A program made the translations under genes and the position numbers. Of a stretch of 64,000 bases of DNA, positions 10,765 to 20,914 are shown piece by piece (position 1 is the first letter of the stretch; each line of letters opens with the position of its first letter). Origin of the DNA: Aureliella sp. (GTDB lineage Bacteria > Planctomycetota > Planctomycetia > Pirellulales > Pirellulaceae). Where the stretch lies: NCBI GenBank assembly GCA_963691875.1, contig OY829846.1, forward strand, positions 3,488,001 through 3,552,000, read 5' to 3'. The notes under the pieces were generated by a model. The model did no database searches. It was not told the DNA's origin and worked only from the letters and a program-made list of their open reading frames with translations.

Positions 10765-13244
10765 GCAACATGCTGCCTTTCCGCAACTTGCAGCATTTCC
10801 CAAAGTATCTCACGTGCGTCGGTGAACAGCTGTTGTTTTTGGTGGCGATGCTATCCATAGCAACCCCATCTGCTCGTGCTCAGCGATCAGCAGAAGACCG
10901 CACTTTGCAAACCATGTATTTCTCTGGCTTGACCGACTCAGCCATCGCTTACACCCAGCGCCAGATTGTTCTCACCAACGACACGCCCAATCTGCATGCA
11001 AAGTGGACGCAGCGTTTGATGGAGAGTTACGGTCAAGCGGCCTTACGGAAAACATCTTCTGCCGACAGCCAAAGATTATGGCGAGAATCGGATCAAGTGC
11101 TACACGCTTTTCAACAGACGAGACCAGAGAACCCCCGACTCCCCTGGTTGTTCTGGCAGCAAGGCCGCTGCCGGCTATTGCAAGCGCAGTCCGCCACGGC
11201 TCAGTATCTAGCAGCCCCAGCCAACAAACAGCCCCGCGACTCAGCGCTGGCGTTGGTTCGAGAGATCCTGAGCTTGATGGAGAAACTCGAGGATGACATC
11301 AAAGAGCGCCAACCGATTGCGGCTCGCGAGGTATCAGGCCCCAGAACTCAGGCACCAGCGGATCAGCTTTCTCGGTTGCGAGTTGACGCCGGCTTGTTGC
11401 GTTGCGAGGCACTGCTGATTCGAGCAAGTTTGTATCCACGCGACTCGCGAGACCGTCGCGCGGCTGCAACCGATGCAGAGTCACAAGCCGCTGATATTCT
11501 TGGCATTACCGGTCGAGATTGGTCCTCGCGTTCGGCGCTCGAGGTGGCCCAAGCCATCGCAAATCTAGAACTTGGACGCAGCCAAGAGGCTCTGAAGATA
11601 CTCACCAAAATTGCCACGGATTCAGGCAATCGAATGCAGCCACGCGCTGCATCGGTGGCCATCGAGTACTTAGCGGAAAACTCGGGCGCCAGTCGAGCGC
11701 GTGGCCTTCTCGCAGTTCTAAGTGGTCCTGACCTAAGCTTGGCAAAGATCCGAATTGGAATCGCCGAGTTGGAGGGAACAAGCGACCAACAGCGAGCGCA
11801 GAAGCTTGAGAGGCTCTTGGCTGATGCAAAGGGCGTCGGCGAGCAGTATGGTGCGTACTGGAGAAACCGTGCGGAATCCCTACTTCTCAGCGCCCGAGCA
11901 CAGCCTGCCAGCAGCTCGAATTCGAATGCGAGCTTGGAACTGATGCTCGCACAAGTCCGCCAGCTTATCAATGCAGAGCAACAAGGCAAAGCGATAAAAA
12001 AACTGCTTGAATTCCGCGATAACGAGACTGCTCTGGGAAATGCGTCGAATGCCCTGAAGCTCGCTCAGATCGCTAGCGCTTCGTTGCAGGGAAAAAAAGA
12101 CTGGGCGGCGGCGGCGGAGGCCAGCTGTAAAACCGCTATCCGGTTTAAGTCTGAGAAACTTGCGCCGGAAATCCATATGCAGTCTATTCAGTGCTTGCTA
12201 GAAGGCTTGAAAGCAGATTTTGGGAACACTGACCTTCGCCAACTCTATGAGACCTCGCTCATCCAACAACTAACACACTGGCCCGAAGCAGAGGAGAGCG
12301 AAGCTCCGCGTCAGTGGCTTGTTCAGTGGTTGCGAGGACAGAAGAAGTTTGAAGAGCTCGCAAAGGTTCTGCTGGACCAAGTGTTCGCCAGCCAAAAAAT
12401 CAGCAATGCACAGAACACACTGCAGAGCTGGTTGGCCGTTGTCCTGCAGATGTCTGATCGGATCGCAAGGCAGAAACAACTAGACAGACTTTCCAAACGA
12501 CTGCAAGAGGGTAGACCTGCTCACTCGATTACCGCTGGCATTTATTTACTGGCTGCCGAGTTACTCTCACATTGGCCCCAACCAGACCGTGCCAATGAGC
12601 TTGATAGGCAACTCCGATCACTTCGAGGCTCCACGCTCGATAAGCATGATATGAATCTGATTGCCGCTTGCGAGTTGCTCAGGCTCGTTCAGACCAATTC
12701 GCTCAGCGCCGCCCGCCGCAAGACTTCGGACTTCGATGCGAGTTCGATTTCAGAAGAATTGGTGGCTCAGCTCTACCTAGCGATGGCCGAGGCTGTAGAC
12801 GAGACCGAAGGTGCAAAACCATCGAGCTGGTGCGACGCACTTGGATGGAATTCCAGCACTCCGGCTCGTCTTCTCAAGCAGCGAGACCCTCGCACTCAGA
12901 TACTTGCTCACCGGATCCGGATCTGGCTTGGTGATAACGAGAGCTTGGCTGCAGTCCGCGAGCTTGCGAAAAATCATTCGCGAAACGCCGCCATGCAACT
13001 TCAGCTGGCAAAAGCTTTGGCACCGAACAACACCCAAGAGTCAACACAAATCGCGCGACGATTGGTATTTGGAAGCAAATCAGGCAGTGATCTTCATTTC
13101 CAAGCTCGTTGGCTCTTGATACGCAACAAAATCAAAACAGGCGATACCCCCGGCGCCCAGCGCGACGCAAAGAAGCTCCTGGCAGCTCAGCCGTTTGAAT
13201 CCGAATTATGGAAAGCCCGTTTTGAAGACGTGGCCAACAACTAA
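10761..13244 (+). CDS. Large exported all-helical (TPR-like) hypothetical protein
   Basis: Long ORF. Likely start is the ATG overlapping the trmL stop (ATGA). Signal-like segment '..LVAMLSIATPSARA'; Ala/Leu/Gln-rich helical composition. Confidence 0.75.
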   Translation: MSNMLPFRNLQHFPKYLTCVGEQLLFLVAMLSIATPSARAQRSAEDRTLQTMYFSGLTDSAIAYTQRQIVLTNDTPNLHAKWTQRLMESYGQAALRKTSSADSQRLWRESDQVLHAFQQTRPENPRLPWLFWQQGRCRLLQAQSATAQYLAAPANKQPRDSALALVREILSLMEKLEDDIKERQPIAAREVSGPRTQAPADQLSRLRVDAGLLRCEALLIRASLYPRDSRDRRAAATDAESQAADILGITGRDWSSRSALEVAQAIANLELGRSQEALKILTKIATDSGNRMQPRAASVAIEYLAENSGASRARGLLAVLSGPDLSLAKIRIGIAELEGTSDQQRAQKLERLLADAKGVGEQYGAYWRNRAESLLLSARAQPASSSNSNASLELMLAQVRQLINAEQQGKAIKKLLEFRDNETALGNASNALKLAQIASASLQGKKDWAAAAEASCKTAIRFKSEKLAPEIHMQSIQCLLEGLKADFGNTDLRQLYETSLIQQLTHWPEAEESEAPRQWLVQWLRGQKKFEELAKVLLDQVFASQKISNAQNTLQSWLAVVLQMSDRIARQKQLDRLSKRLQEGRPAHSITAGIYLLAAELLSHWPQPDRANELDRQLRSLRGSTLDKHDMNLIAACELLRLVQTNSLSAARRKTSDFDASSISEELVAQLYLAMAEAVDETEGAKPSSWCDALGWNSSTPARLLKQRDPRTQILAHRIRIWLGDNESLAAVRELAKNHSRNAAMQLQLAKALAPNNTQESTQIARRLVFGSKSGSDLHFQARWLLIRNKIKTGDTPGAQRDAKKLLAAQPFESELWKARFEDVANN

Positions 13245-13260
13245 GTAACTTGGGCCACTT

Positions 13261-13317
13261 TAGCATGGGGCCCCGGCCCATGCGGCCTTGCAACCTGGGC
13301 CCTAGATGCCCCGTTCC
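13261..13317. repeat. REP-like palindromic element (degenerate)
   Basis: Hairpin TAGCATGGGGCCCCGGCCCATGC (GCATGGG/CCCATGC arms) followed by an eroded second half; intergenic. Confidence 0.45.
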
Positions 13318-13355
13318 AGCCTTCATTACCACTCGTTTCAAAACACATTGCTCCG

Positions 13356-13835
13356 ATGAAAAACGAACCTGTTGCCAACTTGTTGGACGAGACTGATCTG
13401 GCATTGCTCGAACAATTGCAGCGAGACTGCAGACAGACCGTGGCGCAGCTTTCGGAGAAAGTCCACCTTTCTAGTTCCGCCTGCCACCGCCGAATCAAAG
13501 CACTAGAAGAAGCCGGAGCGATCACGAACTACGTCGCCAAGCTTTCTTCCAAGAAGCTCGGCTATACCGTCGAGTTCTTTGTCGAACTTTCCTTGGCCAC
13601 TCAAGACGATGGAGCCTTTGAGCAATTCGAAAAGGAAGTGAAGAAGATCCCGGAGATCCTCGAGTGCTACATGCTCGGCGGTCAGTACGACTATTTACTA
13701 CGTGTCGTTGCGATTGACCCGGAGGACTACGAGCGCATCCACCGGAAAGCGATCAGTCGCCTCCCAGGTGTAACGCGTATCCAGTCGATTCTATCGCTGC
13801 GAACAGTCAAGGCTGGTGGGATACCACTCAGCTAA
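13356..13835 (+). CDS. Lrp/AsnC family transcriptional regulator
   Basis: HTH 'LDETDLALLEQLQRDCR..LSEKVHLSSSACHRRIKALEEAG' and RAM domain 'PEILECYMLGGQYDYLLRV'. Confidence 0.95.
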   Translation: MKNEPVANLLDETDLALLEQLQRDCRQTVAQLSEKVHLSSSACHRRIKALEEAGAITNYVAKLSSKKLGYTVEFFVELSLATQDDGAFEQFEKEVKKIPEILECYMLGGQYDYLLRVVAIDPEDYERIHRKAISRLPGVTRIQSILSLRTVKAGGIPLS

Positions 13836-13867
13836 ATACCAATCAGCCGAGAAGCAAGGCAGACACA

Positions 13868-14547
13868 GTGACGGAAAAGAATGCAGCGCCGAGTCGAATT
13901 ACGTTCGCATCGCTTCGCGAAGAGATCCTGGCGTTCTTCCAGATGGAGGGGTGCTCTCCAGACCACTTTCCAAATGGCCACTCGGTCAAACGCGACCATT
14001 CGCGAGTTTTTTCACCAGGACCGAAGTAGGCTGACCAATCCGCTACGTTACCTGCCCGTGTGTACAGCGCTGGTCATTTGACAATATTTTTGTTCTCGTT
14101 TGGAAGTACCCCTCCCCAGTTTGCTCCAGAAGACGACGAGAATATTCGAGCCGCACTTGCAGGGAAACTCTTGGAGGAAGTCAAACAAAAATGGCGAAAC
14201 TCATTTGGCTTGCTGGATGCCCCCCCTCTGACATAAAAATGCTCTCATACGCCTGTACAGCAGACATTCGCAACTCAGATCCCAGGAGCATTACATTGTA
14301 ATAATCTGTTTTGGGGTTTCAGAACCTACTTTCTCTCGCAACATTCCCGTCGGGCTGAATGGCTAGCGCATGGAATCATGCAACCGTCTATCTCTGTGTC
14401 AGCGGCGTTTATCAAATTTGGGCCTGGCGACGTATTTTCCAGGTTCGGGGTATCCTCTGGAATGCAGCAGCTTTGGTGTCCATCGCCGCGACTTTCTCTG
14501 TCCAAGCTGCAGCAACGCTGATGGTGCTGTGGTTTATGATGCGATAG
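13868..14547 (+). pseudogene. Frameshifted remnant of a DUF3667-like membrane protein
   Basis: Protein-like segments in changing frames: 'SRITFASLREEILAFFQME', 'GALQTTFQMATRSNATIREFFHQDRSRLTNPLRYL', 'EHYIV..GFQNLL', 'YQIWAWRRIF..LMVLWFMMR*'. Family assignment is from recalled motif similarity. Confidence 0.6.
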
Positions 14548-14742
14548 CCGTCGGTCGCTTGGCTGAAAGATCCCGTCGGAAACGAACATAGTTTTCGCTT
14601 TCGCAGCTAAAGCCCGTATTCACCGTTGTAGCCTTGATCATAATGGACAGTAGAACGTCGTCCCAAAGGGCTGTAACCCGTTCTGCCCGCCCCACACCCT
14701 ACCGGCCTCTCTCTCCATTCGTTCCTCTCCCGCATTTGCGTC

Positions 14743-16047
14743 ATGCACAGGCTATCTGCATCCTCTTTGCCGTCACATATGCAAGCCGTGGCAATACTCG
14801 CATTCTTACTCATGCTTTCCGCACACGGCTCTGCCGCCGTTGGACAAGACAAGAATGTCGAAGAAGCCCCTCCCGTCATAGTCGAGACGGTGATTCAGAA
14901 GTCAGTGAATTCCGGTTATCGCGTCGTCGGAACAGTTCAGCCTCTTCGCACCAGCACGATCGGTGTGGCCGTCGGTGGCCGGGTCGCAAGTTTTCTTGTC
15001 GACGTCGGACAGCCAGTCAAAAGGGATCAGGTCTTGGCTGAACTTCGAACCGGAACGCTCGAGATAGAACTGGCCGCCGCGAAAGCTGAACTCGTACTAT
15101 ACGAACAGCAGTTGGCAGAAATCACAAACGGCTCACGCCCTGAAGAAATCGCTGAGGCGGAAGCGAACCTTAAGGCGGCTGAAGTGGCCAAAGACAATGC
15201 GGCCAAACAACTTGGGAGGCTGGAACAATTACAAGATTCGGGGGCAGCAACTGAAACGGACATTGAAGACGCTCGGGAACGGGCAAACCGAACCCGGTTT
15301 ATTTTCAACGCAGCAAAAGCATCCTACCAGCGGGTCGCATCTGGCTCGCGGATTGAGAAAATCGCGGCCGGCCAAGCCCAAGTTGACTTACAATCGCAGC
15401 GAGTGAAATTGATAGAAGATCGAATTCGTTTGCACAGCGTCCGTGCTCCCTTCGACGGCTTTGTCTCGAAAGAATTCACCGAAATCGGTGCGTGGTTGAC
15501 TAGCGGTGATCCTGTCGTCGAAGTGATTCAGTTGGATACTGTGGAAATACAAGCGCCGGTTACCGCAGATTACGCGGTAAAACTGAACCCGGGTGAAACT
15601 GTCCGAGTGGAGTTCTCGCAACTGCCTGACCGGCTGTTTACCGGAACAGTAGATCGCATCGTTCCGCAGGCAGATCCAAGAGCGAGAACCTACCCTATCT
15701 ACGTGCGTCTAAAGAACGAACTACGCCAAGGCAACATGCCGCTGCTGCTTGACGGAATGCTCGCACGTATCGATTTGCCTGCCGGATCTGCTCGAACGCT
15801 ACCGCTTGTTCCCAAAGATGCTCTCGTCTTGGCAAATGGGAAGCGCCGCGTGTTTGTGATCGCGGAAGAGGGCGAGGATTCCAATGTCGGCATCGCTCGA
15901 GAAGTCACTGTGGAGCTTGGTGTCGCCTGGCGCAATCTGATTCAAGTCAACGGTGCGCTGAAACCGGGCCAAACCGTCGTGGTCGTTGGCAATGAACGAC
16001 TAAGCGAAGGCGACCGAGTGCGAATTGAGCACCGCGCGAAAGAATAG
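14743..16047 (+). CDS. RND efflux periplasmic adaptor (MFP)
   Basis: Lipoyl halves 'GRVASFLVDVGQPVKRDQVLAEL' and 'VRAPFDGFV'; long alpha-hairpin; 'PQADPRARTYP', 'VPKDAL'. Confidence 0.93.
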   Translation: MHRLSASSLPSHMQAVAILAFLLMLSAHGSAAVGQDKNVEEAPPVIVETVIQKSVNSGYRVVGTVQPLRTSTIGVAVGGRVASFLVDVGQPVKRDQVLAELRTGTLEIELAAAKAELVLYEQQLAEITNGSRPEEIAEAEANLKAAEVAKDNAAKQLGRLEQLQDSGAATETDIEDARERANRTRFIFNAAKASYQRVASGSRIEKIAAGQAQVDLQSQRVKLIEDRIRLHSVRAPFDGFVSKEFTEIGAWLTSGDPVVEVIQLDTVEIQAPVTADYAVKLNPGETVRVEFSQLPDRLFTGTVDRIVPQADPRARTYPIYVRLKNELRQGNMPLLLDGMLARIDLPAGSARTLPLVPKDALVLANGKRRVFVIAEEGEDSNVGIAREVTVELGVAWRNLIQVNGALKPGQTVVVVGNERLSEGDRVRIEHRAKE

Positions 16048-16082
16048 CCCGGCACACTCTCTCACAAGCGCTGAGTTTCTGA

Positions 16083-19000
16083 ATGAACCTGTTTGAATCG
16101 TTTGTCCGCAATCCTGTGAAGGTCTCCGTGGGAGTCCTGATTGTAGTGCTGTTCGGTTCAATCTCCTTGGTGTCGATGCCTAAGCAGCTCATACCTGCGG
16201 TGCAAAACCCTATCCTTTCCGTCGAAACGCGCTGGCCTGGAGCAAGCCCACAAGAAATTGAACGCGAAATAGTTCAGGAGCAAGAGGAGCAACTCGCCGC
16301 CATCGAAGGCCTGATCAAGATGAGTTCGACGTGTCGCAATGGCGAAGGCGATATCACATTGGAGTTTGCAGTCGGAACAAATATCAATGATGCGATGACT
16401 CGAGTGAATACGCGTTTGCAACAAGTTCGTGAGTATCCAATCAGCGCGCGAGAGCCAGTCATCGAAGCCTCGAGCTCTACGGACAGCCCCATCGCTCGTT
16501 TTGCGCTGACGGCGCGACCGCCAAGTGTCAAAGAGATTCAGGCCTTTCAGGAATTGCATCCGGAACTTGCCTCTGCGCTCGAACCTGCTCGAAAGGCAAG
16601 CGACAACAGCGCCTTACGTGTCTACCGGCTGCAAACGCTCTTCAAGGAACTCGGCCAGAAGCACCCAGATCTGGTTGAGTTGCTGCCGCCAGAGGTCGAC
16701 CTACAGGAAGTTCGCAAGCTTTCGGAGAATTTGATTGAGCCTGAATTGGAACGCGTCAACGGAGTCGCGGAGGCCGACACCTACGGCGGACAAGATGAAG
16801 AGCTGCAAGTCATCGTTGATCCCGAGCGGCTCGCCGCCAGAGGACTGACGATTGGTGATGTGCGGCTCGCTCTGGCTGGCCAGAACCAAGACACTTCTGC
16901 GGGCGATCTATGGGAGAGTAAGCGACGGTGGGTCATCCGGACGCTTGGTCAGTTTCGAGATCCTGAACACGTACGACAACAGGTCCTCAGCAACGAATCC
17001 GGAACTCCAGTTTACGTCGGAGACGTTGCCGAGGTACGTGTCGACTACAAGAAGGTTGATAGTCTGTCACGACGCTATGGCTTGACCAGTAACGGTCTGA
17101 GTGTACGCCGGGCGTCCAACACGAATGTGATGGAGGTCATGGAAGGAGTCTATGCGGCGGTTAACAAGCTAAACGATGGTTTACTGAAAAGGTTGGACTT
17201 GGAGCTGTTTCAGTACTATGACGAAACGGAATACATCAAGTCAGCGATTGCGAAAGTGCAACAGAACATTTTTGTCGGCGCTTCGCTGACGATTCTGGTC
17301 TTGATGCTTTTCTTGCATCTGGGCCGAGCCACACTGCTCGCAGTTCCGTTGATCGTGGGCTGTTCCTTAGCCTCTGTCTTCGTCTCACCCTGGTTTTTTC
17401 TGGTCACTGTCGTACTGATGCTCGCTGCTGGACTATGGTTTGGGCGAGGAGCACTGGTCGTCGGCTTGGCGATCCCAGTTAGCGTGATCGGAACATTTCT
17501 GGTGCTTGGACTGCTCGGTCGATCATTGAATGTGATCAGCCTCGCAGGGCTCGCCTTTGCCGTAGGGATGCTCGTCGACAATGCCGTAGTCGTGCTTGAG
17601 AATATTTTCCGTCTGCGTGAATCCGGGATGCCGGCGAGTGAGGCAGCGACGAAAGGAAGCGCTAGTGTTGCAGGTGCTGTCGTAGCTTCCACTCTGACCA
17701 CAATTGCGGTGTTCATTCCAGTCATGTTTGTGCAGGAGACATCCGGGCAGCTATTCAAAGATATCGCGCTGGCTATCGCTGCCGCCGTAGGACTATCACT
17801 GATTGTTTCCTTCACACTGATTCCTACCGCGGCCGCCCGATTGTTTGCTCAGGCAAGCTTCAAAACAAAGGATTCCAGAAAGACTTCTGAGCAAGGAGTG
17901 GATCCGCTGGCGATTCGAATCGTCAACGCCATTGGCTCAGGTTTCTCGGACTGGTTGAGCCGCGCGACGAGTTGGATTCTATGTACTCGGACTCGATCTG
18001 CCGCATTAGTCGCTTGTATGATTCTGTTCTCAATTGGTGTCAGTTACGCCTTGTGGCCGAAGGTCGAATATTTACCGACAGGGAATCGGAATTTTGTCTT
18101 CTGTAGTCTCTCGCCGCCACCTGGGCATAACATCGAGCACTTGATTGACATGGGACGTACGCTCGAGGAGGAGACCAAGCCCTACTGGGATGTCGATGCT
18201 GACACCGTAGATCAACTTGATCTTGAATATCCAGCGATTCGATATTATTTCTACGCTGTCCGGGGCACGAGTGTGTTCATGGGCATGAGCGCGATGGACG
18301 AATCACGGGTGCGAGAACTCGTCCCTCTGATGCGCAAAGTCTCTGGTCAATTTCCGGGTACTCGAGCACTTGCCAAGCAGTCAAGTTTATTCGAACGTGG
18401 TCTAACTTCGGGGCGGACGATTGATATCGAGATCCAAGGTGGCGATCTGGTGAAGCTGATTGAAGTGGGACGTCGTGTGATGGGAGAAGTGGCGAAGGCA
18501 CTGCCAGATGCCCAAGCTTCGCCGCAGCCGAGTCTCGACCTGGCAAGTCCTGAAATACATATTCGACCAAAGCTAATTGAATCCTCCGAAATTGGTTTTA
18601 GCGCTGCGGACTTGGGTTACATGGTCGACGCCTATGTGGACGGAGCTTATGCAGGTGACTACTTCGTTGACGGAGAGAAAATTGACTTGACGATCAAAGG
18701 GCAGGATTCTTTTGCCACACGTACTCAAGACATCGAATACCTGCCAGTTACGACTCCAAACGGTCAGATTGTGCCACTCAATACGTTAGCCGACGTCGAC
18801 TACGCGAGTGGGCCTGAGTCGATTCTGCGTCGTGAACGCATGCGAGCGATCAATATTTCCGTAACACCGCCGATCACCATGGCCCTTGAAGAGGCGATGC
18901 AGCGAATCGATCAGGACATTGTCGCTAATCTGCAGGCGGAAGGCGTGATCGACAGCGAGACAATTATTCGGCTTTCGGGAACTGCTGACAAACTTCGGCA

Positions 19001-19538
19001 GGCCTGGAATGCATTGCGATGGAATTTGATCCTTGCTCTCGCCATTACGTACTTGCTGATGGCCGCACTGTTCGAATCTTGGCTCTACCCGTTCGTGATT
19101 ATTTTCACCGTACCGCTCGGAGCCGTCGGCGGAGTCCTAGGACTTTCGCTCCTCAATCTGTTCGTGTTCCAAGCTCTCGATGTCATCACCATGCTCGGGT
19201 TCATCATTTTGATCGGAACAGTAGTGAACAACCCGATCCTAATCGTGCATCAGTCCTTGAATTTCATGCGCGAGGGGGATGTGCCTCGCGAAGCCATTAC
19301 AAAGAGCGTGAAGACAAGAATTCGGCCCATCTTTATTACCACCACAACTACCGTGCTAGGTCTTTTGCCGTTGGTCCTGTTTCCCGGAGCAGGCAGCGAG
19401 CTTTATCGAGGTCTTGGCGTCGTCGTACTCGGCGGTCTGGTGCTCTCCACCGCCTTCACGCTCTTCTTGGTTCCGGCTGTATTCGTGCTCACCATCGACT
19501 TGAAGCAAGCCATAGTCACCCGGCTACAAAAGTCTTAG
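16083..19538 (+). CDS. RND efflux permease (AcrB/AcrD/AcrF family)
   Basis: 'WPGASPQEIEREI', TM4 'AVGMLVDNAVVVLENI', 'YLLMAALFES', 'RIRPIFIT', 'GSELYRGLG'. Confidence 0.95.
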   Translation: MNLFESFVRNPVKVSVGVLIVVLFGSISLVSMPKQLIPAVQNPILSVETRWPGASPQEIEREIVQEQEEQLAAIEGLIKMSSTCRNGEGDITLEFAVGTNINDAMTRVNTRLQQVREYPISAREPVIEASSSTDSPIARFALTARPPSVKEIQAFQELHPELASALEPARKASDNSALRVYRLQTLFKELGQKHPDLVELLPPEVDLQEVRKLSENLIEPELERVNGVAEADTYGGQDEELQVIVDPERLAARGLTIGDVRLALAGQNQDTSAGDLWESKRRWVIRTLGQFRDPEHVRQQVLSNESGTPVYVGDVAEVRVDYKKVDSLSRRYGLTSNGLSVRRASNTNVMEVMEGVYAAVNKLNDGLLKRLDLELFQYYDETEYIKSAIAKVQQNIFVGASLTILVLMLFLHLGRATLLAVPLIVGCSLASVFVSPWFFLVTVVLMLAAGLWFGRGALVVGLAIPVSVIGTFLVLGLLGRSLNVISLAGLAFAVGMLVDNAVVVLENIFRLRESGMPASEAATKGSASVAGAVVASTLTTIAVFIPVMFVQETSGQLFKDIALAIAAAVGLSLIVSFTLIPTAAARLFAQASFKTKDSRKTSEQGVDPLAIRIVNAIGSGFSDWLSRATSWILCTRTRSAALVACMILFSIGVSYALWPKVEYLPTGNRNFVFCSLSPPPGHNIEHLIDMGRTLEEETKPYWDVDADTVDQLDLEYPAIRYYFYAVRGTSVFMGMSAMDESRVRELVPLMRKVSGQFPGTRALAKQSSLFERGLTSGRTIDIEIQGGDLVKLIEVGRRVMGEVAKALPDAQASPQPSLDLASPEIHIRPKLIESSEIGFSAADLGYMVDAYVDGAYAGDYFVDGEKIDLTIKGQDSFATRTQDIEYLPVTTPNGQIVPLNTLADVDYASGPESILRRERMRAINISVTPPITMALEEAMQRIDQDIVANLQAEGVIDSETIIRLSGTADKLRQAWNALRWNLILALAITYLLMAALFESWLYPFVIIFTVPLGAVGGVLGLSLLNLFVFQALDVITMLGFIILIGTVVNNPILIVHQSLNFMREGDVPREAITKSVKTRIRPIFITTTTTVLGLLPLVLFPGAGSELYRGLGVVVLGGLVLSTAFTLFLVPAVFVLTIDLKQAIVTRLQKS

Positions 19539-19767
19539 TGGACTTCGCAAGTCCTTCAAAGTAGGCCAGTTGTCTCCATTGGGTCCGCAGGTCCCTCGGC
19601 AAATCAGCAACTCGAGTCGGCCTTGCCACCGAACTTTAGCGTCAGCAAGATACAGCGTCGATCTCAGCTCAAGCTATCAACTAAAGATTTCACTGACAGA
19701 GCTAGTGCCACGCGGAAAGAAGTTCATGACGAATTACACTACGATGAATCGCCCTTGAAAAGACCGT

Positions 19768-20655
19768 CTAGGGCTTTTCTTCCTCGAGCCCAGGAAGGTC
19801 TGGGAGCTTGAATTCAGAAGGCTTCTCTTCAGCCTGCTCCTTTTCGCCTTCCTTTCTCTTCTTCGGATCGACGACTTGCAAAACAAGTCGAACTGGAGTG
19901 CCACGTTCTGGAATACGCTCTTCGTAAGCGGCAAACATCAAGCCGCTGTTAACATCGGAGCTCTTTAACGGGACATCCAACGTGGCGGTCGAGAAGTTTG
20001 AAACACAGATAAAATCGCCACTTTCGGCTTGATAGTGCTCTTTACCAGTGTCAGGGTCCTTCCACATCTTGCTGCCGGCAAACACAAAGTTCTCTTCAAG
20101 CGTGCCTTTCGTACCGACTTTGCGAACCCATTTCTTGGCGTCAATCGTCTTCTTCTCGCCCTTTTCGTTCTTCCAAAGCGCGTGAATTTGGATCTCGCTA
20201 CCCGTGGGAGCTTTGTACTCTGGATCCCATTGAACAGGAGTTCCCGTCTTCGCACCTACTGCCAAAAGCCCTGCATGAACAACGAAAGCCTTGCTAAACA
20301 CGGCGACCACGGACTCATGTTCCTTTGTGCCTGCCAAGCAAGCGAACATCTCGAGCTGTCCGGCCTGAAGTGCGATATAGCCATCGACCACCACGCGTTT
20401 GTTTTTCTTGTCGACCCAAACTCGACTGTTTTCGTCCAGCTTCTTCATCCCTGGAGGATCACCAAAAGTAGCATTGATCTTCTTCAACAACTCTTCGTTG
20501 TACTGCCCGTGCGCAACCGGCAGGGTGGCGCATAGGAAAGATGAAAACAAGCAAGCCACAACAAGACAACGTAGTGGCAGTGGGCGGTAAAGCGACATAA
20601 TCGGACTCGCAAAAAGTTTCGACTGCGGCGTTGATGCATTACTTATAGGAACCAC
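19768..20655 (-). CDS. Exported YdjY-domain-like protein
   Basis: Signal peptide then 'LEMFACLAGTKEHESVV', 'VHAGLLAVGA', 'FVFAGS', 'GDFICVSNF'; start uncertain. Confidence 0.75.
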   Translation of the reverse strand: MVPISNASTPQSKLFASPIMSLYRPLPLRCLVVACLFSSFLCATLPVAHGQYNEELLKKINATFGDPPGMKKLDENSRVWVDKKNKRVVVDGYIALQAGQLEMFACLAGTKEHESVVAVFSKAFVVHAGLLAVGAKTGTPVQWDPEYKAPTGSEIQIHALWKNEKGEKKTIDAKKWVRKVGTKGTLEENFVFAGSKMWKDPDTGKEHYQAESGDFICVSNFSTATLDVPLKSSDVNSGLMFAAYEERIPERGTPVRLVLQVVDPKKRKEGEKEQAEEKPSEFKLPDLPGLEEEKP

Positions 20656-20789
20656 AATAGTGGCTCCTTGGGGTTCACGTGACCGAAGTAACGGGCTCCC
20701 CCGACTGGTAGCGACAGTATACCACTATTCGTAAAAATTCGCCTGATCCAGGGAACAGCACTGGGCTAGTCATACTTTAGCATCGATAA

Positions 20790-20859
20790 AGTGAGCCGAA
20801 CGCGATAGCGTCTGGCTGAACCAATAAAGCGCTGACCCGCACTAGCGCCGTCGGCTCGC
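20790..20859. repeat. REP-like element, AGTGAGCCGAACG...CGGCTCGC family, copy 1
   Basis: Ends GAGCCG/CGGCTC are complementary; shares its first 13 nt and the end CGCCGnCGGCTCGC with 60021-60091. Confidence 0.6.
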
Positions 20860-20914
20860 AAACGGTACTGACTACGTCCCAGAGAACAGGATCGCGGCAC
20901 GGAGAAGAACTCGC

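Noticed and set aside
19536..19554. Small hairpin TAGTGGACTTCGCAAGTCC at the RND stop
   Set aside because: 6-bp stem, single copy in the window, no U-tract; too weak to call.
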